Shown: positions 63,827-64,000 of the stretch, piece by piece
How the letters are laid out: every line of letters starts with the position of its first letter
Numbering within the stretch: the first letter of the stretch is position 1
Sequence record: MW679410.1
Direction: 5' to 3' (one strand)
Source of the DNA: Escherichia phage C6
DNA: 64,000 nt
Program-made: the position numbers and the translations under genes
The notes under the pieces: generated by a model
What the model saw: only the letters and a program-made list of their open reading frames with translations
Database searches by the model: none
What the model was told of the DNA's origin: nothing

Positions 63827-64000
63827 CAATTATTTTTCGAAAGGACGAATTAAATGATGATTATCTTGGAAACGCTTGATGTAGTCGTTTTCACCTAAAG
63901 TCTTGTACATATTAACCACAGCTTGGTAGTTTTCCCAGGCATACTCGCGGAACCAACCTGAAGTGATTGAGGTACACACTTTCTCAAGGGCCATATAGAA
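63827..64000 (-). CDS. partial CDS (C-terminal part; start lies beyond the window)
   Basis: Open minus-strand frame running to the window edge, ending ...HHLIRPFEK stop. Confidence 0.4.

Overview
This window reads as the first ~64 kb of a T4-like (T-even) myovirus genome, beginning at rIIA and running through the early/middle gene block to lysozyme e and nudE. By eye the DNA polymerase, clamp and regA sequences look closest to RB69-type phages; this is from memory, not a database search. Almost all genes are on the minus strand, tightly packed with ATGA/TAATG start-stop overlaps and punctuated by a recurring T4-type early promoter cassette (GTTTAC-N17-TATAAT) and stem-loop terminators. Recognisable genes include rIIA, a fused 39+60 topoisomerase, dexA, dda, modA/modB, soc, 56, 61, 41, uvsX, 42, 43, regA, 62/44/45, 46/47, 55, 49, nrdC, tk, regB, denV, four internal-protein genes, e and nudE. 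The most interesting feature is a five-gene module at 21.9-26.1 kb, where T4 carries beta-gt/42: a diverged dCMP-hydroxymethylase homolog sits with a dNMP-kinase-like protein, a small HAD phosphatase, a bifunctional sugar-1-kinase/nucleotidyltransferase and a 297-aa unknown protein. I read this as a self-contained NDP-sugar supply and transfer system for hypermodifying hmC DNA, plausibly the arabinosyl-hmC chemistry reported for RB69-like phages, although the enzyme assignments are inference. No alpha-gt or nrdD/nrdG homologs are seen at their T4 positions. Other points of interest are a plus-strand, late-promoter-driven collagen-repeat gene inserted among minus-strand early genes, a macro-domain protein, a pol-beta-type nucleotidyltransferase, and an array of internal-protein genes sharing a capsid-targeting leader. 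No tRNA, rRNA or CRISPR array was found. All coordinates were worked out by hand and may be off by a few nucleotides.
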